Shown: piece by piece, positions 39,718 to 48,993 of the stretch
How the letters are laid out: the number at the start of each line of letters is the position of its first letter
How positions within the stretch are numbered: position 1 is the first letter of the stretch
Assembly: GCA_963816145.1 (NCBI GenBank)
Contig: CAWFJP010000004.1
Location: 384,001 to 448,000 of the forward strand
Direction of reading: 5' to 3'
From: an uncultured delta proteobacterium
GTDB taxonomy: Bacteria > Desulfobacterota > Binatia > UBA9968
DNA length: 64,000 nucleotides
The notes under the pieces: generated by a model
What the model was told of the DNA's origin: nothing
Database searches by the model: none
Seen by the model: the letters and a program-made list of their open reading frames with translations, nothing else
Program-made: the position numbers and the translations under genes

Positions 39718-39756
39718 AATGGTCGAGGTTTCGACCATTTGGTCGAATTGCCCCAA
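39718..39756. promoter_or_regulatory. Candidate enhancer for the ZraR-like regulator
   Basis: Palindrome AATGGTCGA-GGTT-TCGACCATT, followed by a second degenerate copy TGGTCGAATTGCCCCAA. Confidence 0.6.
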
Positions 39757-39781
39757 TCTTCGAAAGAAATGAATCTCCGTG

Positions 39782-40660
39782 CTAAGCGATGAGACTGCGC
39801 AACAGGGTCAGATTCTCGCGGTCTTCTTTCAAGTCCGGTCCCTTGGGCGTTTCCAAACACATCGGCAAACCCCAGAAGCGTCGGTCGTTCATTAACAATC
39901 GAAACGCTTCGACGCCGATGAAGCCTTGGCCGATATGTTCGTGGCGATCGACGCGGGAGTGAAATTCCTTCTTTGAATCGTTGAGATGAAAGGCGGCGAG
40001 CAGTTTGATGCCAATGGTTTTGTCGAATTCGGCGAAAGTGCGCTCGTAGCCTTCCTTGGTTCGAATGTCGTAGCCGGCGGCAAAGGCATGTTCTGTGTCG
40101 AAGCAGACGCGCAGCCGGTCGCATTCTTTGGTCGCGTCGATGATGTCGCCGATCTGTTCGAAGCGGTAGCCCAAGTTCGATCCCTGGCCGGCGGTGATTT
40201 CCAACGTCACTTTGACCTTGAAGCCGGGGCAGGCTTTGTGGACTTCGTCCAGCGACTTGGCAATCGTCTTGATGCCTTCCACTTCGCCGGCGCCGACGTG
40301 GGCGCCGGGGTGGGCGATCAAGTTCGACACGCCGAGCACCTCGCAGCGTTCCATCTCGTCGATGAACGCGCCGATGGAACGCTTGCGCAGAGCCGGGTCG
40401 GGCGAGCCTAAGTTGAGCAGGTAGGAGTCGTGGGCGACCACCGATGCGATGCCGGTCTCTTTCCGATTAGCGTGGAACTGGGCGATCTCGTCTTTGTCCA
40501 AAGGCTTGGACGCCCATTGGCGCGACGACTTGGTAAAAATTTGAATCGCTTCGCAGTCGACCTTCCGGCCTTCGAGAAAAGCGTTGCCGACGCCGCCGGC
40601 GATGGACATGTGGGCGCCCAAGAGCGGGCCGCGGCGTTTTTCTTTGGTTTTTTTAACCAT
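39782..40660 (-). CDS. nfo: Endonuclease IV (deoxyribonuclease IV)
   Basis: GAHMSIAGG, HDSYLLNL, HPG, LEITAGQG, CFDTEH, HLNDSK, DRHEHIG, LETP. Confidence 0.95.
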   Translation of the reverse strand: MVKKTKEKRRGPLLGAHMSIAGGVGNAFLEGRKVDCEAIQIFTKSSRQWASKPLDKDEIAQFHANRKETGIASVVAHDSYLLNLGSPDPALRKRSIGAFIDEMERCEVLGVSNLIAHPGAHVGAGEVEGIKTIAKSLDEVHKACPGFKVKVTLEITAGQGSNLGYRFEQIGDIIDATKECDRLRVCFDTEHAFAAGYDIRTKEGYERTFAEFDKTIGIKLLAAFHLNDSKKEFHSRVDRHEHIGQGFIGVEAFRLLMNDRRFWGLPMCLETPKGPDLKEDRENLTLLRSLIA

Positions 40661-40743
40661 TGGAACTCCTGGAACGATTGGAACCTTTGGAACGATTTCA
40701 TCGCGGCCGGTTCCAGCCGTTCCAATCGTTCCAAGGGTTCCAG
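40661..40743. repeat. 9-bp-period palindromic element (TGGAAC units)
   Basis: Four (tggaacNNN) units, a spacer, then four (gttccaNNN) units. Confidence 0.8.
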
Positions 40744-40753
40744 GTGAGTCGGA

Positions 40754-42364
40754 TCATTGGGTGAAGTATCGCTTCTCGACCAGCGGTAAAGAAATGCTGC
40801 CGGCGCTGAGAAGCTTGTCGTGGAATGCGCATAGATTGAATTTATTGCCGAGCCGTTTTTGTTCCTGGTCGCGCAGGCGGTTGATGATCGACCAGCCCAA
40901 GGCGTAGCCCATCGGCCCCGACGGGGATTGGCTGTACCAGTTCAAATCGCCGCAGGCCTGTTCGCGCGGGAAGTGGAGTTCGCGCACCATCAAGTCCGCC
41001 GCTTCGTCGTAGGTGAGCTTTCCGGTCTGAGTTTTGACGTCGATGATGATTCGCAGCGCGCGCCACAGCCGGTCCTTGAGCATGACGAAGCGGTGTTCTG
41101 GCGATTTCAGAAATCCCTGCTCCTGCATCAATTGCTCGCAATAAAGCGCCCAGCCTTCGTAGAACACCGACGACTCGTTCATCAAGCGCGGCAAGGTCGC
41201 GGCGGCAGGCGTGCAGTTGGCGATGGAAAATTGCAGGTGATGTCCGGGATAGCTCTCGTGCACCGAGGTATTTTCCAGCCCGACGTAGTTGTGCTCGCGC
41301 AGCAAATCGTCGCTGGTCACCGGCGTGACATAGTAGTAGCCCATTTGATTGGGATCTTTGGGCGAGGGCGAGAGATACGCGGCAAAGGGAATCTCATGGC
41401 GGCGGAATACCGGTGTGTATACGACGTGGAGCTCTTCCTTGGCGGGAAAGGTGACGAGCTTTTTCTCGCGGACGAAGTCCCGCGCCGCGCTCATCGCTTT
41501 CTCATAGACCGATAGGATCTGTTCGCTACTTGGATGGTTTTCCTGGATCGCTCTGGCCGCCGCTTCGACGCCTTTGCCCGGCGCCAACTCTTCGGCTAGG
41601 GCTTCGAGTTCAAGTTTGGTCTTGGCGAAAAGACTCTCACCCAAGGCGAGCAGAGTTTGCGCGTCGTGATCGAGGAAGTGCTTTTTTCTCAAGAGCAGGT
41701 TGAAATGCTCTTCGCCCACCGCGTAGCTGGCATTGCTGCGGGGTAAGAGATGGCTTTCGAGAAAGCTGGCGAAGTCATGCATCGCTGTCTTGGCTTTGGC
41801 GATGGCGCTGTGCAGAGCGGCGCTGTCTTTAACTTCGCTTTGCACTTTTGGATGTTGGGGCAGGCTGTCGAGAAAGGCGATGCCGCCTTTAGCGCCCTCA
41901 ATGGCGTTTTCGGTCCAGAGTTTGGGCGGATTGGCAGCCCTGCGGCCGAGGTTGGTGATGCCCTGCCGAATCAGCGCCGGGGTACGATCGAGCCGGCTGA
42001 GTAAGTTCCCGGCGAGATCGCTGGTCGCCCGCACGGTGAGAATATAAATCGCCTCGATGGGGGAATAGGTGTCTGGTTGTTTGAGGCGATAGTCTTCCTT
42101 GGCCTGCTCGTAGCTTTGGATCAAGAGGCGGCCTTCGAGAAGCGCGTAGTCGATGGCTTCGTCGGCAGTCAAATCCGCCGGCGAAATCCCGCGCAGCTTG
42201 CGCAGCGATTCCTTGACAAAAATTGTTTCCGCTTTGTAGCTCTTGTCCGAGTAATCGTTGAGCAGGTGATCGTAGCCTTCGATGCCGTAATAGATGGCGT
42301 CCGTCGGGTGAAGCTCGAAGTGTTGTTTGAAATAGCGGGTGCAGAAATCAGCGAACTTTGACAT
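40754..42364 (-). CDS. DUF885 family protein (zincin-like metallopeptidase fold)
   Basis: HESYPGHHLQ, FYEGWALYCE, RALRIIID, YALG, FHDKLL. Confidence 0.88.
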   Translation of the reverse strand: MSKFADFCTRYFKQHFELHPTDAIYYGIEGYDHLLNDYSDKSYKAETIFVKESLRKLRGISPADLTADEAIDYALLEGRLLIQSYEQAKEDYRLKQPDTYSPIEAIYILTVRATSDLAGNLLSRLDRTPALIRQGITNLGRRAANPPKLWTENAIEGAKGGIAFLDSLPQHPKVQSEVKDSAALHSAIAKAKTAMHDFASFLESHLLPRSNASYAVGEEHFNLLLRKKHFLDHDAQTLLALGESLFAKTKLELEALAEELAPGKGVEAAARAIQENHPSSEQILSVYEKAMSAARDFVREKKLVTFPAKEELHVVYTPVFRRHEIPFAAYLSPSPKDPNQMGYYYVTPVTSDDLLREHNYVGLENTSVHESYPGHHLQFSIANCTPAAATLPRLMNESSVFYEGWALYCEQLMQEQGFLKSPEHRFVMLKDRLWRALRIIIDVKTQTGKLTYDEAADLMVRELHFPREQACGDLNWYSQSPSGPMGYALGWSIINRLRDQEQKRLGNKFNLCAFHDKLLSAGSISLPLVEKRYFTQ

Positions 42365-42491
42365 GCAGGTGAAATATCATCGAATCGGCGCCGGCGCAAT
42401 TTTCGTCGGCGCACGACGAATCTTAGCATCGAGCGATGGCAAAGATTGGACATCTTCGGCGCCGCCGATCCGAGCAAGCGATCGGTATTGG

Positions 42492-43280
42492 CTAGCGCGC
42501 CGATGCGGCTGGGCGATCCAAGACGACGTTGGTGACCGCTGGTGAGCGTTCCAAGATTTTTAGTGCGTCTAGTCCAACTCGAAGGGCGATGCCGGGAATT
42601 TTTCGATAGATCCGGGTGACCCGGTAGCGGGTGCCGACCAGTTCAGCCAACACGTAGCTTTGCACGTCATGGATGGCGGCTCTTTGTAGAGCGAGCAAAT
42701 TCTCATCGAGCAACTCTTCGCGCTGCCATGGTGTTCGCAGGCCTGCCAGCACGAGCACCGTGCCGTCGGCTGCCACGCGCTTGAAGATCTGCGGCGGCAC
42801 CTTTTCCGCTATCGCGCTTGCGGTGAACGATACCGTTGAGCCGGCCTGGGCCGTATCGGTGCTCGCTTCATCAGGTTTTTTTATCGCCGGCCGATCGAGC
42901 AGTACGTTGGTAACAATCGGTAGGCGCGCCAACTCGGCCAACGCATCGGCGCCGACTTCCAACGCGATGCCGGGGATTTCTTGGTAGCGGCGCACAACCG
43001 TGAACGTGCGGCCTGCTAGGTGTTCCAATAGATCGTCTTGTCTTGCCGCAATGGCGCTGCGCTGGGCACGCAAGTCATCTGGGTTCAGGCTCGATTCCAT
43101 TTGCCAGGGCAAAGCCAAGCCCACCAGAACCCAGGCGCTGCCGTGAGCGGCGGTGTGGTCGATGACGTCACGGGGAATTTTATCGGAGGATTGGCCCTGG
43201 GCGGCTGCCAAGAAGAAAAAAAGTAGTGCCGCGCAGCAACCTAGTTTCAACATTCCTTTGTTCCGAAGATTTCGACTCAT
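42492..43280 (-). CDS. Exported protein with two tandem subtilase-propeptide (inhibitor I9-like) domains
   Basis: Signal peptide; two copies of VLxGL..PWQ.E..L...L.AQR.AI...Q..L..L.G....V.R.Y..IPGIAL.VG.DAL..L...P.VTNV.LDRPA. Confidence 0.65.
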   Translation of the reverse strand: MSRNLRNKGMLKLGCCAALLFFFLAAAQGQSSDKIPRDVIDHTAAHGSAWVLVGLALPWQMESSLNPDDLRAQRSAIAARQDDLLEHLAGRTFTVVRRYQEIPGIALEVGADALAELARLPIVTNVLLDRPAIKKPDEASTDTAQAGSTVSFTASAIAEKVPPQIFKRVAADGTVLVLAGLRTPWQREELLDENLLALQRAAIHDVQSYVLAELVGTRYRVTRIYRKIPGIALRVGLDALKILERSPAVTNVVLDRPAASAR

Positions 43281-43483
43281 GGCAAATCTCCTTCGGCTTT
43301 TCGGTTAGGCTGAGGATGTGCAGCGGGGCGATTTCAATCCACAGCAAGATTCTACACTCGTTGTGTAGCGTCTGTCGAGGGGCCGTTTAAACATTGCCAT
43401 TGCACTCTGCCGGCACCCAGGAAAACCAGCTACTCAATTAGCATAAGATAATTGAAATTGACGATCGGTCCAGCTGGGGTATA

Positions 43484-44638
43484 GTGCAGGCATTGCTTTG
43501 GTGGCGGAGGTTTTGTGTGCAGAGATTGATCGGCCTGGGTTTAACGCACAGTATAGCGCTGGCCTTCGGCATTTTCCTGTCTGCCGCAAATGCGCTATGC
43601 GCGGATGCGCCGCGGCCATCCCGGTGGGAGACCACGGTCGAAGCGGCCAAGAAGGAAGGCCAGGTCAACATCTATCTTTACCGCTACGGGCGGGTGCTCG
43701 ATGTCTTTCGCAGTGACTACCCGGAGATCCGGCCGTATTTGCTTACCGGCACCGGCGCGCAGATCACGACGAAGATTTTGACCGAGCGCAGAGCCGGGCG
43801 CTACCTTGCCGACGTGGTCGGCTTGGGTTCGTCGAATTACCGGATACTGCATCAGCAGGCAAAGATTCTCGACCCTATTCAGCCGGCGTTGATGCTTCCC
43901 GAAGTGCTCGATGGCGCGCGCTGGTACGGCGGCAAGCATCGCTATCTCGATGCCGAGAACAAGTATGTCTTTGCCTATCTCGCCAACGCCAGTTCGGGAC
44001 AGCTCTATTACAACACCGCGCAGGTCAATCCCAAAGAGTTCACCTCCTATTACGATCTGTTCAAGCCCAAGTGGAAGGGTAAGATCGTTATGCTCGATCC
44101 GCGGCCGCGCACCGAGATCGGCACCACCATGCAGTTTTTTTATTACAATCCGGAACTCGGGCCGGGATTTATTCGGCAGTTGTTCGGCGCCAAGGAGATT
44201 ACTTTTAGCCGCGACAGCCGGCAGATGATCGACTGGCTGGGACAAGGGAGATTCTCGATCTGCTTCGGTTGCTCCGGCGCGCTCAAGGCCAAGAATCAGG
44301 GACTGCCCATCGAGATCTTCGACACCAGCCTGTGGAAAGAGGGCGCCAGTTTTTCGGTCGGCGGCGGCACGCTATCGACACCGAGCCAGGGATCCCATCC
44401 CAACGCCGCCAAGGTTTTCACCAATTGGTATCTGTCGCGCCGCGGTCAAATAGCGCTGCAAAAACTTGGCGACCCCGACGAACCGCCCAACTCGGCGCGC
44501 ATCGATATTCCCAAGGACGAGATTCAAGTGCACAACAAACTGATCGACGGCCGTAAATATTTCGACGCCAGCCGACCGGAGTTCGAAGATATCGATGGCG
44601 CGTTCAAGACCGCGGTTCAGGCGATGGATGGACGCTGA
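43484..44638 (+). CDS. ABC transporter extracellular solute-binding protein (AfuA/thiamine-like class)
   Basis: AAKKEGQVNIY, YNT, LFKPKWKGKI, HPNAAKVFTNWYLSRRGQ. Confidence 0.82.
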   Translation: MQALLWWRRFCVQRLIGLGLTHSIALAFGIFLSAANALCADAPRPSRWETTVEAAKKEGQVNIYLYRYGRVLDVFRSDYPEIRPYLLTGTGAQITTKILTERRAGRYLADVVGLGSSNYRILHQQAKILDPIQPALMLPEVLDGARWYGGKHRYLDAENKYVFAYLANASSGQLYYNTAQVNPKEFTSYYDLFKPKWKGKIVMLDPRPRTEIGTTMQFFYYNPELGPGFIRQLFGAKEITFSRDSRQMIDWLGQGRFSICFGCSGALKAKNQGLPIEIFDTSLWKEGASFSVGGGTLSTPSQGSHPNAAKVFTNWYLSRRGQIALQKLGDPDEPPNSARIDIPKDEIQVHNKLIDGRKYFDASRPEFEDIDGAFKTAVQAMDGR

Positions 44639-44697
44639 CAGTTTTCGACCGCGGCAAGCTGTTTGAATTGAAATTAACCAGGGAGAACGATTAACCC

Positions 44698-45985
44698 ATG
44701 GAACTGTCACTGCTCGATTACTCGATCGACCAACTGGAGTGGGGCGCGCGCAGCGCGCTGACCGGTCGATCGCTGACCGTCTCGCAGGCCGACATTCGTG
44801 CACTTGCTCGGTGATTTAAGCCACGGCATTCGCGTCGACTTGGAGCTCGCCCGTCCCGGCGAGTCGAAGCGCATCGTCCATGTGCTCGATACGGTACTGC
44901 CGATTGCTAAGCTTGCCGGTGCCGGCACGGCCTTTCCAGGCTTCCATGAATCGGCAAAACTCGTCGGCACTGGGAAAACCGCGCGCCTCAATAATCTTCT
45001 GGTCACCGTGGCCGGGCGCTTCCCGCAGTTCGAATCGTTGTCGCCGATCGAAAAGCCGCGCGAGGGGATCATCGATATGGCCGGTGTCGGCGCACCCTAC
45101 GCTTACGGTTCGGATCGATTTCATGTCGTGCTGTCGCTCACACCCGACCCGTCGGTCTCCAACGCCGGCTTTGATCAGGCGCTGAGAAACATGGCGCTGC
45201 GCTGCGCGAGCTTTCTGGCGCGGGTGGACAAAAACAACTGCGAGCCGGCGGAGCAGCGGATTGCTTTGCCGCCGGTCGATCAACGTTTGCCCAAAGTGGT
45301 GCTGATCTACCAGGTGCAGAGCCAGCTGTGCTGCGCGCGCACATTTTATTACGGCGAAGAAATTTCCAAAACCTTGCCCACCTTCGTTCATCCCAGCGAA
45401 TTTTTCGACGGCGCGGTGGTCAGCGGCAATTATAAAAGCGAGCGCAAGGTGCCGACATCTTTGCACTGCGATAATCCGTTCATCGCCGACTTGCTCGCGC
45501 GCCACGGCAAAACCCTGAACTTCCTGGGCGTGATTCTGTCGCGCGGTTACAACGATAGTTTTGAGCAGAAAAAAAAGCTCGGGCTTTGGGTGGCGCGCCT
45601 GGCGCGAAATCTTGGAGCCGACGGAGCGGTCGCCTTCATGGAGGGCACCGGCAACGGCACGGTGGACTTCATGCAAACCGTCAAGGCTTGCGAGGACGAG
45701 GGTGTTAAAACCGCCGCCGTCTTGCATGAATCGAACGGTCCCAAGGGTTACGAGCGGCCTTTGGTCGACCATCCCAAGGAGGCCGATGGGATGATCAGCC
45801 GCGGCAATGTTTCGGAAAAAATCTATATCCCGCCGCTCGACTCGGTAATCGGCGCCACGACGCTCGATCTCCACTTGAAGGCGAGCCACGATGCGCGCTT
45901 GCCGTTTCTTTTCGACCCAACGATCTTTTTCGCTTCCTACAGCAAGATGGGTAGCAGCGGCTTTCGCGCGGAATATGAGAACTGA
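44698..45985 (+). CDS. Glycine/sarcosine/betaine reductase component B proprotein-like subunit (GrdE/GrdG/GrdI family); one +1 frameshift near 44803
   Basis: MELSLLDY... from ATG 44698 (GGGAG RBS) joins LARPGESKRIVHVLD, IIDMAG, LPKVVLIYQVQSQ, PTFVHPSEFFDGAVVSGN, LGADGA. Confidence 0.8.
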
Positions 45986-46066
45986 CGTACCGCAATCGAA
46001 GATGAACAGAGATTAACCGTAAAGCGCCTAGCGCGGCAGATCCGTAACCCAATAAGAAGTAAGATG

Positions 46067-46150
46067 TTCACCACGAAGGACACGAAGATCACGAAGTTCG
46101 GAGTTCAAACTATCCGAAACCTTCGTGGCCTTCGTGCCTTCGTGGTGAGA
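46067..46150. repeat. 9-bp-period palindromic element (CACCACGAAG family)
   Basis: ttcaccacgaaggacacgaagatcacgaagttcgga ... tccgaaaccttcgtggccttcgtgccttcgtggtgaga. Confidence 0.8.
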
Positions 46151-46352
46151 TCGCATTTTGCGTTTAGCAGAGCAATTTAGGAGCCTTGGCGCGGGAAAAT
46201 TGCGCCAGCCGCGAAAATTTCAAAATATAATAATACAATTTCACATCGAAATAAGATTCTGATTCGGAAGGTTGGCCGCAAAGAACGGAAAAAGGAATTG
46301 AAATTGTTGGGGGCAACCCGCCGTGGTTGCCGATCCATTACGGAGGCGCGCG

Positions 46353-47651
46353 ATGATCAAAGTGCTGCACTATTTGAACCAGTTTTTCGCCGGCATCGGC
46401 GGCGAAGAGAAGGCCGGGCAGGAAGCGCTCTTGCTGCCCCATGCGGTGGGCGTCGGTAGCGTGATCGAAACTGCATTGAAAGCGCACGGCGTGGAATACG
46501 CAACGATCGTTTGCGGCGACAACTATTTTCACGAGGCGGAACCCGAAGCGTTGCGCACGATCGGCTCGGCGATCGATGAGTTTCACCCGGATCTCTTCCT
46601 GGCCGGTCCTGCGTTCAACGCCGGCCGCTATGGCCTCGCCTGCGCCAAGCTGTGCAGTTGGGTGCGCGACAATTGGCGCATTCCGGCGATTACCGGCATG
46701 GACGAAAATAATCCGGGAACCCAGGAGATCGGCCGCCATGTTTTCGTTGTGCAAACCGGCGCTTCGACGGCGTCGATGGCGGAGACTTTGAAGCGGTATT
46801 CCCAGCTGATCGAAAAATTGCTGGCGCAAGATGCCGCCGCGGTGGAAAATTTCCGCGCCGAGCACTGTCTGCCGATCCCGCGCCGGTTCACGGTAAAAAC
46901 CGGCAAGCCGGATTATGTCCGCGCCACGGATCTGTTGCTGTCCAAGCTCAACGGCCAAGCCTATACAAGTGAAATTCCGCGCATCGAAACCGAAGCGCAC
47001 ACGATTCCAAATTTGGCCGGTATTTTGAGCGAGGCCACCGTGGCGCTGGTTACCGAAGGCGGCTTGGTGCCAACGGGAAATCCGGATCGTTTGGAAAGTT
47101 CGCGCGGCTCGAAATATTTCAAGTATTCGCTCGCCGGGCGCGACGATCTCAAGCGCGGCGAGTTCGCGGCGATGCATACCGGTTACGACACCTCCACGGT
47201 CGATCAAGATCCCGATCGCATCGTTCCGGTCGACGCCATGCGCGCGCTGGAGAAGGCGCAAAGGATCAAAAAACTCTACGATCATTATTTCGTCACCACC
47301 GGCACCGGCGCCATGCCGAGCAAGATGGCTGAGCTCGGCGCCGGCATCGCCGACGAGCTGGTGACCGCCGGCGTCAACGCGGTCATTTTGACCGCCACGT
47401 GAGGAACCGGCACTCGTAGCGGCGCTACGATCAGCAAAGAAATTGAGAAGAAAGGAATCCCCGTCGTCCTGATCACCTGTCTTGCCAACGTCGCGCAGCA
47501 AGTCGGCGTCGGCAGGATTCTCGCCGGCAGCAAATTTCATTACCCGGTCGGACAACCCGAACTGCCGCCGCAGGAAGAACTGCGCTGGCGCGTCGCGCTC
47601 CTCGAGAAAGCGCTCGCTTCCCTGGAAACTAGGCAGGAGGCGAAGAATTGA
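46353..47651 (+). CDS. grdB: Glycine/betaine/sarcosine reductase selenoprotein B family (GrdB-like), Sec at TGA 47400-47402, 432 aa
   Basis: HYLNQFFAGIGGEE, CGDNYF, AGPAFNAGRYG, ALVTEGGLVP, HTGYD, DPDRIVP, VILTAT-U-GTGTRSGATISKEIE...YPVG. The frame continues 82 codons past the TGA with family-like sequence. Confidence 0.9.
47403..47430 (+). promoter_or_regulatory. Candidate bacterial SECIS element of the grdB-like gene
   Basis: 11 nt after UGA: TCGTAGC-GGC-GCTACGA, a 7-bp stem with a G-led loop. Confidence 0.7.
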
Positions 47652-47742
47652 AAAAATGGAGAATGGAAAATTGATAATGGAGAATGACGGGGAGGCGAGG
47701 GGGAATTGAGAATGGATAATGGAGAATTGATAATTGAAAATG
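47646..47742. repeat. Heptamer tandem repeat (GAGAATG/GATAATG/GAAAATT)
   Basis: aatggagaatggaaaattgataatggagaatg ... gaattgagaatggataatggagaattgataattgaaaatg. Confidence 0.7.
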
Positions 47743-47772
47743 CGGGGGAAGGGGGATGGGTTATTCGACTCT

Positions 47773-47847
47773 TTCCGTCATACCGTTGAAGAACGGTATC
47801 CAGGTGCATGATGGGCCTGGATTCCCGCGTGCGCGGGAATGACGGAA
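47773..47847. repeat. CGTCA-type REP-like palindrome (inverted dimer)
   Basis: ccgtcataccgttgaagaacggtatccag ... ctggattcccgcgtgcgcgggaatgacgg. Confidence 0.75.
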
Positions 47848-47880
47848 TGATCAGTTCACTTCTCGTTGGAGCAATTTTCG

Positions 47881-48744
47881 CTAACTTCTTCCCGTGAGCT
47901 TCCGTCCTTGGTCCAAGACTCCGAACGTGCGCGGCGATGAGGGCATGAGGAAACGGTAGCCGTCTTTCACCAACCGCTCGATGTTTTTGCCGTCCGGATG
48001 CGGATGGCCGCAGGGGACGTTGTGTTCTTTGCAGATTTTCAAAATGCTGTTGATTGCGTCGGCGACCACCGGGTGGTCGTAGTCGCGCGGATGGCCGAGC
48101 TCCTGGCTCAGATCGCCTTCGCCGATCAGGACCACGCCGATACCGGGCACTTCTTTTAAAATCTTCGGCAGGTTTTCGATGGCGCGCATCTCTTCGCATT
48201 GGATGACCACCAGGACTTCGCCATCCGGCGCCAGCGGCCAGACATCGGCGCGCTTGTAATATTCCTGTTGCGGCAGCCCCCAGTAGCGCGCGGCGCGGGC
48301 CGGCGCGTCGCCGCGGATGCCGGGCGGATGGTAGCGCGGCGCGCTCTTGAGGCGCGGATAGCGGCAGGCGCCGACGGCGTTGGCCGCCTCTTCGACCGAG
48401 CTGACATGGGGGAAGATGATGCCCATGACGCCGATATCGAGCACCTGCTTGGCGATCCAGCTGTTCATTTCGATGCCGTTGGGCGGTACGCGCACCATCG
48501 GCGTGACCGCGGGCGCGAGGGTGCCGCCGGCGACGATCTGGCCGCGGTCGAGCATGAATTGCAGGGCATTGCGCAGGCCGGGAAAATCCAGCGGCGCATG
48601 TTCCATTTCAAAAGCGACGCCGTCCAGCTTGGTGCCGGCCATGGCGACGGCATTCTCGATGTCGACGGGAGTGAAGGCGACGAAGGCGGTCTGGCCTTGT
48701 TCGAGGGCTTTGATAACGCCGTTGAGGCGAGGTATGTCTGGCAT
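47881..48744 (-). CDS. HpcH/HpaI aldolase family protein
   Basis: FEMEHAP, PMVRVP, KQVLDIGVMGIIFPHV, IQCEE, LIGEGDLS. Start placed at MPDIPRLN (AGGAG RBS). Confidence 0.85.
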   Translation of the reverse strand: MPDIPRLNGVIKALEQGQTAFVAFTPVDIENAVAMAGTKLDGVAFEMEHAPLDFPGLRNALQFMLDRGQIVAGGTLAPAVTPMVRVPPNGIEMNSWIAKQVLDIGVMGIIFPHVSSVEEAANAVGACRYPRLKSAPRYHPPGIRGDAPARAARYWGLPQQEYYKRADVWPLAPDGEVLVVIQCEEMRAIENLPKILKEVPGIGVVLIGEGDLSQELGHPRDYDHPVVADAINSILKICKEHNVPCGHPHPDGKNIERLVKDGYRFLMPSSPRTFGVLDQGRKLTGRS

Positions 48745-48833
48745 TTGAAACTCTCCTGAATGTTTGAAAGTAAATGTGCGACCTATAAACATTGCGCGGG
48801 ACGGCTCGACAAATGGCAGCAGAAAAGTTGTTG

Positions 48834-48943
48834 ACACCACGAAGACGCGAAGGAACGCAGCTTGCGGACAATCGCTGCAAATTTTGTCTGGTACAAGTCC
48901 TTCGCAGGACAAAGAGCTTCTGGGTGCTTTCTCCGTGGTGAGA
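48834..48943. repeat. Degenerate CACCACGAAG-family palindromic element
   Basis: caccacgaagacgcgaaggaacgcag ... ctttctccgtggtgaga. Confidence 0.55.
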
Positions 48944-48993
48944 ACGAATTTTAATGATCAATGTCTTATCGACCGAACACGGGAGGATTGACA

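Noticed and set aside
40661-40743. CRISPR array or iterons suggested by short periodic repeats (also 46067, 47646, 53830-54005)
   Set aside because: Units are 7-9 bp without unique spacers, or are His codons within a CDS; there are no cas or rep genes.
44812-44814. TGA early in the grdE-like gene as a Sec codon
   Set aside because: Readthrough in that frame does not give family sequence; homology continues in the +1 frame, so this is an indel (error or mutation).
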